23,664 nt of DNA from Deltaproteobacteria bacterium (GCA_032128115.1 JAQBHB010000089.1:1-23664), one strand, 5' to 3'. Positions 9,219-20,198 are shown, numbered from the stretch's first letter. The notes: a model not told the origin generated them from the letters alone. A program made the numbers and translations.

Positions 9219-10277
9219 TCAGCCCTCGCCAAGCCCCGGAATTCGGCGGCCGTGAATTCCCACTGCACGGTTCACGACGCGCTCGAGCACGGAGTCCCGA
9301 ATCAGCGGGATCGCTGCGGGCAGGGGGGGGAGACTGGATTCGAGCAGGACGTCGAGCACCGCGCCTGCCCCCTCGAAGAGGCCCGAAGGCGAGTAGCCGC
9401 CCTCGAGGATGAATGCGATCCGGCCGGCGCAGAGGTCGTCGGCCAGGGCCCGGACGATCGTGGTCAGAGCGGCAAAGCCCGCGCCGGTGATCGCCATGGC
9501 ACCCAACGGATCGTCTCGGTGCGCGTCGAACCCGCAGGAGATCAGGATGATCTCCGGCCGGAACTGGCGCGCGGCCGGAACCAGGATGCGCTGGGCCACG
9601 CCCACGAACTCGGCATCGCCGCAGCCTGCGGGCAGGGGGAGGTTCAAGGTCGCCCCCTCGCCCGCGCCCCGGCCCGTCTCGCCGAAGTCGCCGGTGCCGG
9701 GATAGAAGGGGAATTGATGGGTGGAGACGTAGAGGACGTTGGGGTCCTCCTCGAAGAAGTGCTGGGTTCCGTTTCCGTGGTGCACGTCCCAGTCGAAGAT
9801 CAGGATCCGCTCCACGCCCTCGTCGGCCTGGAGCGCCCGGGCGGCCACCGCCGCGTTGTTGAACAGGCAGAAGCCCATGGCGCGGCCCGCTTCGGCGTGG
9901 TGACCGGGGGGCCGCACGGCCGCCAGGCCGCAGGACGCACGTCCTGTGGCCACTTGGCGGGCCAGTTCGATGGATCCCCCGGCTGCCAGACGCGCGACCC
10001 GGAAGGTCTCCGGCGAGACGTAGGTGTCCGGATCCAGATGGACGGGCGCCCGTCGGGCGGCCTCGGCCACCGTCGCCAGGTGGTCGCGGGCGTGAACCCG
10101 CAAGATCTCCTCGTCGCTGGCCTCCCGGGGCGCGAGCGCCCGGATTCGGTCCCGTCGCGCGTCGATGGCGGCCCGCACGGCGTCCAGGCGTTCCGGGCAC
10201 TCCGGGTGGCCCGGGGGGCTTCGGTGGTCCTGGAAGCGCGAATCTTCGACGACGGCGGTTGCCCGATCGGCGTCCAT
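9219..10277 (-). CDS. Histone deacetylase-family (Zn-dependent) amidohydrolase
   Basis: HPECPERL, RPPGHHA, MGFCLFNN, DWDVHHGNGTQ, HQFPFYPGTG, GFDAHRDDPL, LEGGY. ATG at 10277. Confidence 0.95.
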   Translation of the reverse strand: MDADRATAVVEDSRFQDHRSPPGHPECPERLDAVRAAIDARRDRIRALAPREASDEEILRVHARDHLATVAEAARRAPVHLDPDTYVSPETFRVARLAAGGSIELARQVATGRASCGLAAVRPPGHHAEAGRAMGFCLFNNAAVAARALQADEGVERILIFDWDVHHGNGTQHFFEEDPNVLYVSTHQFPFYPGTGDFGETGRGAGEGATLNLPLPAGCGDAEFVGVAQRILVPAARQFRPEIILISCGFDAHRDDPLGAMAITGAGFAALTTIVRALADDLCAGRIAFILEGGYSPSGLFEGAGAVLDVLLESSLPPLPAAIPLIRDSVLERVVNRAVGIHGRRIPGLGEG

Positions 10278-10348
10278 CCCCGACGATGGTATCCGAGGGG
10301 TATGAGGGCATCGACACGAGTAGCGACATCGCCGTTGGGCGCCTTCCG

Positions 10349-11316
10349 ATGAGCGCACCGGGCGTCATTGCGGTGACCGGGCTCGGGACCTTCATTGGTC
10401 GCCGGCTGATTGAGCGTCTGCTGTCGCGATCGCCCAACCTGCGCATCCTGGGGCTCGACCACCGGCGTCCGTTTCGTCTCGACGACCGGGTGCAGTTTCA
10501 CCGCGTTGACCTCACCGAGCCCACCGCCGATGGCCGTCTGTCGGAAATCCTCGCGCGTGAGCGCGTGGATGCAGTGGTGCACGCGGCCTTTCGCACGTCG
10601 CCCACGCCGAACCTGGAGATGGATCACGAGCTGGAGACGATCGGGAGTCTCCACGTGATGAGTGCCTGCGCCGCGGCCAAGGTCAAGCGCCTGGTGCTGG
10701 CGTCGAGCACCATGCTCTACGGACCCCACGCCGACAACCCGAATTTCCTGACCGAAGGACACGCCCTGCGCGGACATGTGGATGCGCACACGGTGCACGA
10801 TCGGGTCGAGGTGGAAGGTCTGCTCTCCGAGTGGAGCCTGCGCCACCCGGACACCGAGGTGACGGTTCTTCGCTCCTGCTGGATCATGGGGCCCACGATC
10901 TGGGACTCCATCACCCGCTACTTCTCGCGGCCGGTGGTTCCCATGCTGCTGGGATACGACCCGTTGCTGCAGTTCGTGCACGAAGAGGATTGTCTGCACG
11001 CCTTCGAGCGGGCCACGCTGAATCCCCACCCGGGGATCTTCAACGTCACGGGTCGCGGAGTGTTGCCGTTGTCGACGATCCTACGCCTCGCCGGCAAGCG
11101 CAGCCTGCCGCTGCCGGCGCCGTTGCTGTACCGCATGACGTATTACCCGTCACAGGGTCAGACAGGTGATCCCCCGGCGGGCTTCTACGACTATCTTCGC
11201 TACTTGTGGGTCGCCGACGGTCGCCGGGGCTGGGAAGCCTTTGGCGAGCCGACCTACTCTACGAAGGAGGCCTGGATCTCCTTCGTGTCGGCGCGACGCA
11301 TGCGGCGGTATCGGTA

Positions 11317-11317
<1 letters not shown>
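10349..11317 (+). CDS. NAD-dependent epimerase/dehydratase-family (atypical extended SDR) protein
   Basis: N-terminal Rossmann strand IAVTGLGTFIG, DAVVHAA, LVLASSTMLYG, GYDPLLQFVHEED, GIFNVTGRG. No clear YxxxK. Confidence 0.85.
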
Positions 11318-12354
<1,037 letters not shown>

Positions 12355-12413
12355 TCAATTGACTGCGCTCGCCTGCGGCTCGCTGCGCGCGGGCCTGGGG
12401 CCCGCTTGCGGGG

Positions 12414-12980
12414 TCAGGCCTCGGGACCGGGGTCGGGCGGGTCGGGTTCCGCGGGGCCGGAGCGCAGGGATTCCAGGCGTTCGACGGCGTCGGCTACGCG
12501 TTGCAGGTTCTCGTTCAGGGCATCGATGTCCGAGCGCCGGGGAAGGTCGAGCAGCTTGAGGACCCGCTCCATGGCGGTCTGCACCATGCGTTCGAAGTCG
12601 GGCGTCGAGAACGCGATCCAGTCGCCCAGCGAACCGTGCTCGTCATCGGGGTGAACCAGCCGGCGCACGTTGCGTCGCACCTCGTCGATCCCGCCGCTTG
12701 CGTCGTCCACGCCCTTGCGCAGCGCGCCGTACAGGGCGTCGCCGCCGCGCTGGATCAGGTCGGAGAGCACCGTGCGCGAGACCCAGCGGCTGGACCGTTC
12801 GTTGTCGACGAGGATCTGGGACAGGGCGACGGACGTGATGTCCTCACCGGTCTCGTTGTCGATGACCGTGACTTCTTCGCCGGCTTCGATCAGCTCCGCG
12901 ATGCCCTTGAGGGTGATATAGCGGCTGGCCTGGGTGTTGTAGAGCTTGCGATTGGCGTAGCGCTTGATGAGGACGGACAT
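12414..12980 (-). CDS. Polyhydroxyalkanoate synthesis regulator PhaR-type DNA-binding protein with phasin-like C-terminus
   Basis: IKRYANRKLYNTQASRYITL...VIDNETGEDITSVALSQI is the PhaR N-terminal domain. The C-terminal LDLPRRSDIDALNENLQRV resembles PhaF/PhaI-type phasin coiled coils. Confidence 0.85.
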   Translation of the reverse strand: MSVLIKRYANRKLYNTQASRYITLKGIAELIEAGEEVTVIDNETGEDITSVALSQILVDNERSSRWVSRTVLSDLIQRGGDALYGALRKGVDDASGGIDEVRRNVRRLVHPDDEHGSLGDWIAFSTPDFERMVQTAMERVLKLLDLPRRSDIDALNENLQRVADAVERLESLRSGPAEPDPPDPGPEA

Positions 12981-13028
12981 GCGGCTGCGTGTCTCCGGCG
13001 GCGACGCTAGCGAACGCCGTCCACCGGG

Positions 13029-13475
13029 TCAGCCCTCCACCGGAACGCGTTGCACGCGATCGCCTCGGCGCCCGGCGCCCGGGTCGCTGGAGCGCCGCCG
13101 CACACCGAACTCCCACAGCAGCTCGCGCAGACCCAGGAAGGCGCGAAGCACGGCCCGGGCCTCCGGATCGTCTTGCGCCCGCTCTTCCCAGCGGCCGATT
13201 TCCACATCCAGGGCTTCGCTGATGGCGTCGACGACCCGCGCTCCGGGCTCGTGATTCTCCAGCCGCATCTCCACGTCGCCGAGCAGCCGTGCCAGCGGAC
13301 CCAACACCGGGTGCAGCTTCGAAGGCTCGCCGCTGGCGGCCAGTGCGGCCGCGTCCAGCAGCGCGTGGATGGCTGCGACCGCCTCTGCGGCGGCGGCGAG
13401 GCCATGCTCGCGGGCGCGGGCCAGGGCGTCGTTCGGACCCTCCTTGGACCGGGGCTCTTCAGTCGGACTCGCCAC
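13029..13475 (-). CDS. Hypothetical alpha-helical protein (148 aa) co-operonic with the ArsA-like pair
   Basis: GTG at 13475 with AGGAG at 13483-13487, overlapping the upstream ATPase end. Amphipathic Ala/Leu-rich helices; ends RVQRVPVEG. Confidence 0.7.
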   Translation of the reverse strand: MASPTEEPRSKEGPNDALARAREHGLAAAAEAVAAIHALLDAAALAASGEPSKLHPVLGPLARLLGDVEMRLENHEPGARVVDAISEALDVEIGRWEERAQDDPEARAVLRAFLGLRELLWEFGVRRRSSDPGAGRRGDRVQRVPVEG

Positions 13476-14679
13476 GATAGGGCTCCTCGGGATTTCCCCG
13501 GAAGATCGAGTTCGCGATGCGGGCCATGCCGTCCAGGTCGTGGATGTCGCCGGCGAGTTCGGGAACCTGGCCCCAATGTCGCGCGTGCTCCGCAGTTCGT
13601 CGGCGCAGCGTGCCGGTCGACTCGCTGTCGCGGCGCACCAGCGCAGCGTATCCCTTCGCGGCGGCAACCGCCGCCCGCGCCGCTTCCTCGGCCTCGAAGC
13701 CCGGGCCTTCGGTTCGAGCGAGCGCCGCGGCCAGGCTCGAGAGGTCGGCGGGGTCGGGAGCCCTCCCCAGGGACGCGGGCGCCTCTCCGCCCCCGGGCCA
13801 GAGGCGCACGCGATTGACGAGTACTCCGGTAAGCGACAACCCGAACGACTCGAGGCGGTCGAGGAAGTGTACGGCTTGTTTCTGGGACTCGTGTCCGGTG
13901 CCCGCCACGAGCACGAAGGCCGTGGACGGCCCGAGCAGGATCTCGCGCACGCGTCCGGCTCGCTCCCGAAAACCCGCCGACATGCCCTCGAAGGCCAGCA
14001 GGAACTCGGAGATGTCTTCCAGGAAGCCGAAACCCGACACACGCTCGAGAACCTGGAACACACGATGGCTGCCCCGCTGAAAGAGTCGGAAGCCGACGCG
14101 TCCCGCGGCGAAGGCCGGCCGCACCAGCATCTTGACCAGTGCGCTGTCCAGGAATTCGATCAAGCGCTGTGGCGCCTCCAGGAAGTCGAGCGCGTGCTGC
14201 GCGGGCGGCGTGTCCACCACGATCAGATCGAACTCCCCCGACTCGTGAAGCTCGTAGACCTTCTCCATGGCCGAGTATTCGACGCTTCCGGCCAGGGCGT
14301 CGGATGCATGCTGGTAGATCGGGTTCTGCAGGATGCGCTCGCGGGCCTCGGGACTCTCGGCAAAGCGCTCCACCAGATCGTCGAAGGTGCGCTTCATGTC
14401 CAGCATCATTGCGGCCAGGTGGCCCGACGCGGGCACTCCGAGGCGATCCAGCGTGTCGCGGGGCAGCGCCTGGGGAGTGGCGGCCAGCTGGCTAAGGCCC
14501 AGGGCGTCGGCCAGACGACGGGCTGGATCGATGGTGAGCACCACGGTGCGGCGCCCGCGGCGGGCGGCCTCCACCGCCAGGGCCGCTGCCAGGGTGGTCT
14601 TGCCCACGCCGCCGCATCCCACGCACACCGCGATGCGGGCCCGGTCCAGGGTGTGATGGGCGAATTCGTCGCGCGTCAT
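13459..14679 (-). CDS. ArsA/Get3-like ATPase (subunit lacking the signature Lys)
   Basis: CVGCGGVGKTT, LTIDPARRLADALG, DLIVVDTPPAQHALDFLEAP. Resembles mycobacterial Rv3680-type proteins. Confidence 0.88.
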   Translation of the reverse strand: MTRDEFAHHTLDRARIAVCVGCGGVGKTTLAAALAVEAARRGRRTVVLTIDPARRLADALGLSQLAATPQALPRDTLDRLGVPASGHLAAMMLDMKRTFDDLVERFAESPEARERILQNPIYQHASDALAGSVEYSAMEKVYELHESGEFDLIVVDTPPAQHALDFLEAPQRLIEFLDSALVKMLVRPAFAAGRVGFRLFQRGSHRVFQVLERVSGFGFLEDISEFLLAFEGMSAGFRERAGRVREILLGPSTAFVLVAGTGHESQKQAVHFLDRLESFGLSLTGVLVNRVRLWPGGGEAPASLGRAPDPADLSSLAAALARTEGPGFEAEEAARAAVAAAKGYAALVRRDSESTGTLRRRTAEHARHWGQVPELAGDIHDLDGMARIANSIFRGNPEEPYRGESD

Positions 14680-15707
14680 TTCTCGCCTCCCAGCGGCTCG
14701 AGCAGGATCTGGCCCAGGGACGCGAGGGCGTCACGATCGGCGGTACCTCCCGGCAGGTAGGGCAGGCATACGGTCGGCAGCCCCGTGCGCTCCACGATCT
14801 CGGCGGTGTAACGCCGATTGAGTTCGTGCCGCGCCCGCAGGTAGCCGGCGCAGGCGGCGAGGGTTCGCGGGGAGGGGAGCGCGCCCAGGGGCGTGGCCTC
14901 GGGCAGGCGCGCCAGGCTCTGATCCAGCTCTTCCAGGCCCGGCGGAAACGGCGGCCCGAAGCTGCCATTGACCACCACGCGATCCACTGCGATTCCGTGG
15001 CTCGCGCGCAACCGGGCCACCAGCTCCGCGGTCTCCTTTGCCGGCAGCTCCTCGGCCAGAGCCACCGGGAGCAGCAGCGTCTGCTCCGGGTCGGTCACCA
15101 TGGCCTCGACCCGTTCCGCGTTGCGCCGCAGGGGTCCGGCGCGGACGGCAGACACCACCACCCTCGGAACATCCAGGAACGTGAGGCCATGACCGGTGGC
15201 GGGAGCGTCCACGACGATCAGGTCGAAGCGGCGCCGTCCGGCGTCGTCCTGCATCTGCTCCACGTGCCAGATCTTTCCCAGCGTGATCAGGTCCCGCCAC
15301 CCGGGCGCCGCTGCCATCAGCTGCCGAAAGCTGCGGTTCCGGAGCACCAGGCTCACGGGCCCCCGGACGCCCAGCTGGAGCGACAGGTATTCCTCGAGGG
15401 CTGCGTAGGGATCGATCCGCTGCACCCTCAGGCCCGGGCTCAGCTGGCGGCCCGCGTAGCCCACGGGCCCGGTTCCGGGCGCAAGCAGGTCGGGGAGCTG
15501 CTCGTCGGGTCCCATCTCGGCCACCAGCACGCGCAGGCCCGCTCGGGCGGCAGCCAGGCCCAGGCTGGCGGCGACCGTGGTCTTGCCGGTTCCCCCCTTG
15601 CCGGTAACCACGAGGAGGCGCCGCTCCAGGAGGGACCGCAGGGCCTTCGCGCTCCCCGCAGGGGCGGCTGCGCCTCGGGCGCCCGGGAGTGTGGGCGTCG
15701 ATCTCAA
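14676..15707 (-). CDS. ArsA/Get3-like ATPase (subunit lacking the switch-I DPA); start uncertain, TTG 15707 chosen
   Basis: LLVVTGKGGTGKTT, RVLVAEMG, DLIVVDAPATGHG, LAEELPAKET. ATGA overlap with the partner gene. Resembles mycobacterial Rv3679-type proteins. Confidence 0.85.
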   Translation of the reverse strand: MRSTPTLPGARGAAAPAGSAKALRSLLERRLLVVTGKGGTGKTTVAASLGLAAARAGLRVLVAEMGPDEQLPDLLAPGTGPVGYAGRQLSPGLRVQRIDPYAALEEYLSLQLGVRGPVSLVLRNRSFRQLMAAAPGWRDLITLGKIWHVEQMQDDAGRRRFDLIVVDAPATGHGLTFLDVPRVVVSAVRAGPLRRNAERVEAMVTDPEQTLLLPVALAEELPAKETAELVARLRASHGIAVDRVVVNGSFGPPFPPGLEELDQSLARLPEATPLGALPSPRTLAACAGYLRARHELNRRYTAEIVERTGLPTVCLPYLPGGTADRDALASLGQILLEPLGGEK

Positions 15708-15801
15708 GCGAGGTGTCGGCGCCTCCGAAACGTCTGCTGATGGCCTGGAGATCTCGAGGAACCCTAGCACCGGGGCCTGGGCTCCGTGGAAGGAGGCCCG
15801 C

Positions 15802-17067
15802 GTGATCGTCGCCTGTGAGAAGTGTTCGACCGAGTTCCAGCTGGACGACAGCAAGGTTCCCGCCAAGGGGATCCGGGTTCGTTGCTCCCGCTGCAAGCAC
15901 ACGTTCAGGGTGAGTCAACCGTCGGAGGAACCCCGCGAGGACGATGTCACCGGCCCGACGGTCCGGGTGGCGCCCCCGCCTCTGGATTCCGAGGATGGCG
16001 ACGAGTGGCAGTTCAATGACGACCCCCCGCCCGGCGGCGCCGCCGCAGGTGCGGTCTCGGACCTCCAGGCCTTTGGTGCGGTCGCCGGCCTGGTGGGATC
16101 GAGTTCGGAGCCCACCCCCGAGCTCGCCAGCGAGGACGAGGGCTCTTCCCCGGACGAGGTCGCGGCGGCCCTCGCCGATCTGCTGGCCGGTGGCAACGCG
16201 GCGTCAGACGATTCTCTATCGGCCGGTGCGCACGAGGCGGAGCCGGTGTCGGTGGAGGACGAGCGATCCACGGAGGACCTGTTCGGGGGTCGCGATTCCA
16301 ACGTGGGCGTGGGTGCCTGCGAGGAAGAGTCGCGGGCGTCCGCTCACGCGGATCAGGCCCCGGACGCGGACCCTGGTCTCGGGAGTCCCGAGCGCTGGGA
16401 CTTCTTCGAGGGAAGCCAGGCGAAGCCTCAGCAGGCCATCGGCGCGCTGCAGATCGCCAAGGTCTCGGCCGCGCAAGTGGCCCGGGAAAAGCTGCAGAAG
16501 GAACCCCGGGTGGCCGTGCGGGCGGAGCCGTCTGTGGTTACCGCCTGGCTGGGGCGCACGGCCAATGGCATCGGGTGGGTCATCACCTTGGGACTCGTGG
16601 CAGCAACTGCGTGGCGGGTGATGGCCGGTCCCGTGGCCGCCGCTGACGAGCCGATCAGCAGCCAGCGGATCGGCGAAATCCAGGCCGAGTCGATCCGAGG
16701 ACACTGGCTCGAGAACATCGAGGGTCGCATCTATGTGATCTCGGGAACGCTCCGCAACGCGGGCACCGGGAGCGCGGGTGGGGTCGGTCTCGCCGTCAGC
16801 CTGCTGGATTCAGGAGGCCACGTGCTCGAAGTGGCGCCCGCCGCCGTGGGGCCCGCCATCGACCCGCAACGACTCCGCGAGATCGGTCCGCGCGAGCTGC
16901 AGACCGCGCAGCGCAACGGCGCCCTTGCGTGGGCCCACTCTCCGATGGCGCAGGGAGAGCGGAGAGACTTCCATGCCGTGTTCGTGAGCCCACCGGATAC
17001 GGCGACCCAGTTCCGTCTCGTGGAACTGGCCGCGGCCGCAGCAAAGTCCGCGAGCCCATCCAGCTAG
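15802..17067 (+). CDS. MJ0042-type zinc-ribbon protein with acidic linker, one TM and extracytoplasmic DUF3426-like domain
   Basis: AGGAGG at 15791-15796, then GTG. CEKC...VRCSRCKHTF, long D/E-rich linker, TM GIGWVITLGLVAATAW, beta-rich tail YVISGTLRN...VSLLDSGG...FHAVF. Confidence 0.8.
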   Translation: MIVACEKCSTEFQLDDSKVPAKGIRVRCSRCKHTFRVSQPSEEPREDDVTGPTVRVAPPPLDSEDGDEWQFNDDPPPGGAAAGAVSDLQAFGAVAGLVGSSSEPTPELASEDEGSSPDEVAAALADLLAGGNAASDDSLSAGAHEAEPVSVEDERSTEDLFGGRDSNVGVGACEEESRASAHADQAPDADPGLGSPERWDFFEGSQAKPQQAIGALQIAKVSAAQVAREKLQKEPRVAVRAEPSVVTAWLGRTANGIGWVITLGLVAATAWRVMAGPVAAADEPISSQRIGEIQAESIRGHWLENIEGRIYVISGTLRNAGTGSAGGVGLAVSLLDSGGHVLEVAPAAVGPAIDPQRLREIGPRELQTAQRNGALAWAHSPMAQGERRDFHAVFVSPPDTATQFRLVELAAAAAKSASPSS

Positions 17068-17114
17068 AAAGCTAGAAAGCCGAGAGAATCAGGAAGGCGA
17101 GAGAATCGACCCGG

Positions 17115-17321
17115 TCATTTGCCGGGCCCGGGCGACTTGCCGTCCGTGACCTCATCCTTCTCGGGGGTCACGTCGATCTCGTCTTTGCCCGAGATGCCCG
17201 ACTTGAAGTTCTTGATGGCCTTGCCGACCCCCGAGCCCAGTTCCGGCAGGCGACTGGCGCCGAAGAGCACGATGACGATCGCCAGGATGATGAAGAGCTC
17301 AGTGGTGCCAATGCCGAACAT
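17115..17321 (-). CDS. tatA: Twin-arginine translocase TatA/TatE subunit
   Basis: [44 protein letters not shown] hinge and amphipathic helix. Confidence 0.95.
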   Translation of the reverse strand: MFGIGTTELFIILAIVIVLFGASRLPELGSGVGKAIKNFKSGISGKDEIDVTPEKDEVTDGKSPGPGK

Positions 17322-17414
17322 GAGGCGGGCCTCGTCCGCAGACCGCGGAACTGGAAGAGGCAAGGTGCCCCCCGCAGCCCCCCGGGTCAAGGCGCGAGCG
17401 TTACACTGCGAGCC

Positions 17415-18755
17415 GTGCCCATTTTCAAGGCCTACGACATCCGGGGACTGGTGCCCGATGAACTCGACGCGGATGCCGCGGGCCGTATCGGGGCTGCGAC
17501 GGCTCGTTTCCTCCGGGTGGAGAAGCTGGTGGTGGGGCGCGATGCGAGGACCCACTCCCCGGAGCTGTTCGAGGCCCTCGTCCGTGGCGTGACCGGGCAG
17601 GGGGTCGACGTCGTCGATATCGGTCTGGTGGCCACGCCCATGGTCTACTTCGCCGTGGATCACCTGGATGCCGGCGGCGGAATCATGATCACCGCCTCCC
17701 ACAACCCCGGTCGCTACAACGGCTTCAAGATCTGTCGCGAGCACGCGATTCCGGTGGGAGAGGCCACGGGGCTTCGCGAGATCGAGCAGCTGTGCGCCGG
17801 CGACGGTCCGGAACCCGTGGCGAAGGCCGGATCCGTCCGCGCCCGCGACATCACGGACGCCTACGTGGATCACGTGCTTTCCGTGGGGACGGGTCGCCCC
17901 AGCCTGCGCGTGGCCATCGACTGCGGCAACGGCATGGCGGGCGTCGGGCTCGAGCCGCTGCTCTTGCGTCTGGATCTTTCGGTGGAACGGCTCTACTTCG
18001 AGCCCGACGGCAACTTTCCGAACCACGAAGCGGATCCCCTGAAGGTGGAGAACCTGCGCGAGGTGAGCGAGGCGGTGATGCGTACCGGCTCCGACTTCGG
18101 GGTGGCCTACGACGGCGATGCCGATCGCGCCGTGTTCGTGGACGAGACGGGCGAGCCGATTTCGGCGGATCTCCTGACGGGTCTCCTGGCGCGACATCAG
18201 CTGCGTCAGCACCCGGGCGGGCGCGTGCTCTACGACCTGCGCTCGAGTCGGGTAGTGGCCGAGGAGATCGAGAAGGCGGGCGGCGTCGCCGAGATGTGCC
18301 GCGTGGGTCACTCGTTCGTCAAGGCGCGCATGCGCGAGGTGGGCGCGATCTTCGCCGGTGAGTTGTCCGGACACATGTACTTCCGCTTCTCGCCGACACT
18401 GGTCGCCGACGACGGAATCGCGGCCCTGGTGGCCCTGCTGCACGTGCTCGACACCGAGAAGCGGCCCCTCTCGGAGCTGATTGCGCCGCTTCGCCGCTAT
18501 TCGGCCAGCGGCGAGATCAACCGGCGCGTGGACGACGTGCCGGGCCTGCTGGCAGCGATCGAGTCGGAGCACCGCGAGGCTCGCGAGATCTCGCACCTGG
18601 ACGGCCTGCTGGTGCGATACCCGGAGTGGTGGTTCAACCTGCGCCCTTCGAACACGGAGCCGGTTCTGCGGCTCAACCTGGAGGCCGACACCCGCGAGCG
18701 CATGCTGGCCGAGCGGGATGGCCTGCTGGCGCGCATCGGGGGCAGCCCGGCCTGA
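17415..18755 (+). CDS. Phosphomannomutase/phosphoglucomutase
   Basis: [16 protein letters not shown] (phosphoserine), DGDADR (metal), GELSGH (sugar binding), [15 protein letters not shown]. Confidence 0.96.
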   Translation: MPIFKAYDIRGLVPDELDADAAGRIGAATARFLRVEKLVVGRDARTHSPELFEALVRGVTGQGVDVVDIGLVATPMVYFAVDHLDAGGGIMITASHNPGRYNGFKICREHAIPVGEATGLREIEQLCAGDGPEPVAKAGSVRARDITDAYVDHVLSVGTGRPSLRVAIDCGNGMAGVGLEPLLLRLDLSVERLYFEPDGNFPNHEADPLKVENLREVSEAVMRTGSDFGVAYDGDADRAVFVDETGEPISADLLTGLLARHQLRQHPGGRVLYDLRSSRVVAEEIEKAGGVAEMCRVGHSFVKARMREVGAIFAGELSGHMYFRFSPTLVADDGIAALVALLHVLDTEKRPLSELIAPLRRYSASGEINRRVDDVPGLLAAIESEHREAREISHLDGLLVRYPEWWFNLRPSNTEPVLRLNLEADTRERMLAERDGLLARIGGSPA

Positions 18756-18798
18756 TCGCGCACGTCCGCGAGGGTACCGGGGAACCGGGAGGATTGGC

Positions 18799-19650
18799 GT
18801 GACGGCACCCGGACCCGCGCTGACCGGCAGCCTTTCGGCCTTCTCGCTTCCGCTCGAGGGAGGGCGGTTGCTCCTGCGCGAAAGGCGTCTGTGGAGCCTG
18901 GCCCTCATGTCGCTTGCGCTGTCGCTGCTGGCGTTCGCTGCAGCCCTTGGCGTGATGATCGGCTACGCGTCCGAGATCGTTCTGTGGCTGACGGCGTGGA
19001 TGCCAGCGCTTTCGGCGGCCCACTGGTACAGCTGGCTGTGGATCGGTCCCGGCAAGCTGCTGTTCTGGATCCTGGGCGCCGTCCTGTTCCTGCTGGTGGC
19101 AGCCCTGGCCCTGGCGGTGGCGTACGCGGCGGCGGGCATCCTGGCGTCTCCGGTTCACGACGCGCTCTCGCTGCGGGTGGAGCGGATCGTCACGGGCGCC
19201 GTCGTCGACGAAACCGGGGAGGGCGTGATGGGCCTGCTGCGCGATGGCGCACGATCCATGCGCGAGGAGTTGCGCCGCTTCGGCTTCTTCGTGTCGGTGG
19301 TGGCGCCCCTGGCGGCGCTCGGATTCGCGGTCCCGGGCGGCCAGGTGGTGACGGGGCCCATGATTCTCATCTTCACATTGCTGTTTCTCCCGCTCGACTA
19401 CGCCAGTTACACCCTCGACCGCCGACGGCTGTCATTCGCGCAGAAACGCAGCTGGGTGATGGCGAGAAAGCCCGCCATGCTCGGCTTCGGCGCCGCTGCC
19501 TTCCTGATGTGCCTGGTGCCTGGAGTGAATCTGCTGGCGATGCCGGTTCTCGTGGTGGCGGGAACCCTGCTGGCCCTCGATCACCCGGCTCCGGGTGGGG
19601 AAGGGGAAGGGCGCGATCAGCGCGCCAGCAGGAGCTTGCGCGCGCGGTAG
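18799..19650 (+). CDS. EI24/CysZ-like integral membrane protein
   Basis: GGAGG at 18788-18792, then GTG. Long hydrophobic helices with [24 protein letters not shown] and [17 protein letters not shown], typical of CysZ/EI24. Confidence 0.8.
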   Translation: MTAPGPALTGSLSAFSLPLEGGRLLLRERRLWSLALMSLALSLLAFAAALGVMIGYASEIVLWLTAWMPALSAAHWYSWLWIGPGKLLFWILGAVLFLLVAALALAVAYAAAGILASPVHDALSLRVERIVTGAVVDETGEGVMGLLRDGARSMREELRRFGFFVSVVAPLAALGFAVPGGQVVTGPMILIFTLLFLPLDYASYTLDRRRLSFAQKRSWVMARKPAMLGFGAAAFLMCLVPGVNLLAMPVLVVAGTLLALDHPAPGGEGEGRDQRASRSLRAR

Positions 19651-20198
19651 AGGTTCGATTTCACCGCGTCTTCGCTCCTGCTCGTCGCCCTCGCGATCGA
19701 TCGAATCGACTCGTGCTTGAGGTGGTAGAGCTCGAACAGCCTCCACTGATCTGGCGACAGCTGCTCGCTGGCCGCATGCTCGAGCTGCTCCATCCGCTCA
19801 CGGCATTCGTAATTCTCGAGAGGAGTCGCCTCGCGGTGGAAGCCGGGAATCAACGGGTCGACCCCCTCCGGCTCCTCGGCCCCGTCGAGCGAGACCGTGG
19901 TGTGGCGCTTCTTCTTGAATCGGGCGGCGATGGTGCGTCGGGTCAACCCCAGCACCCAGGCCACGAAGGGCGCCTCGCCGCGGAACGAACCCATGCTGGA
20001 AAAGACGGCGAAGAAGACTTCCTGGACGGTCTCCTCCACGTCGGCGCGATTGCGCAGGCGACGGCTGACGAAGCGAAAAACACGCGGGTAATAGCGCCCG
20101 TACAGGGTCTCGAACGCTTCCTGGTCTCCCTTCCCCACCCGCTCGACGAGCACGTCGTCGCGAGTGGATTCGGGATCCAGTAGATCGGGCGCAGCCAT
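19617..20198 (-). CDS. ECF-type RNA polymerase sigma-70 factor
   Basis: Region 2 GDQEAFETLYGRYYPRVFRFV...VEETVQEVF...FRGEAPFVAWV. Region 4 LSPDQWRLFEL...SIRSIA...[16 protein letters not shown]. Confidence 0.92.
   Translation of the reverse strand: MAAPDLLDPESTRDDVLVERVGKGDQEAFETLYGRYYPRVFRFVSRRLRNRADVEETVQEVFFAVFSSMGSFRGEAPFVAWVLGLTRRTIAARFKKKRHTTVSLDGAEEPEGVDPLIPGFHREATPLENYECRERMEQLEHAASEQLSPDQWRLFELYHLKHESIRSIARATSRSEDAVKSNLYRARKLLLAR

Noticed and set aside
13459..15707. Arsenic resistance operon
   Set aside because: No arsB/acr3/arsC/arsR; motifs fit the Get3-like heterodimer class.
17322..18908. 597-aa ORF ending in TatA, read as a large TatA fusion
   Set aside because: Only the last 68 aa are TatA; the rest is the antisense shadow of the phosphohexomutase.
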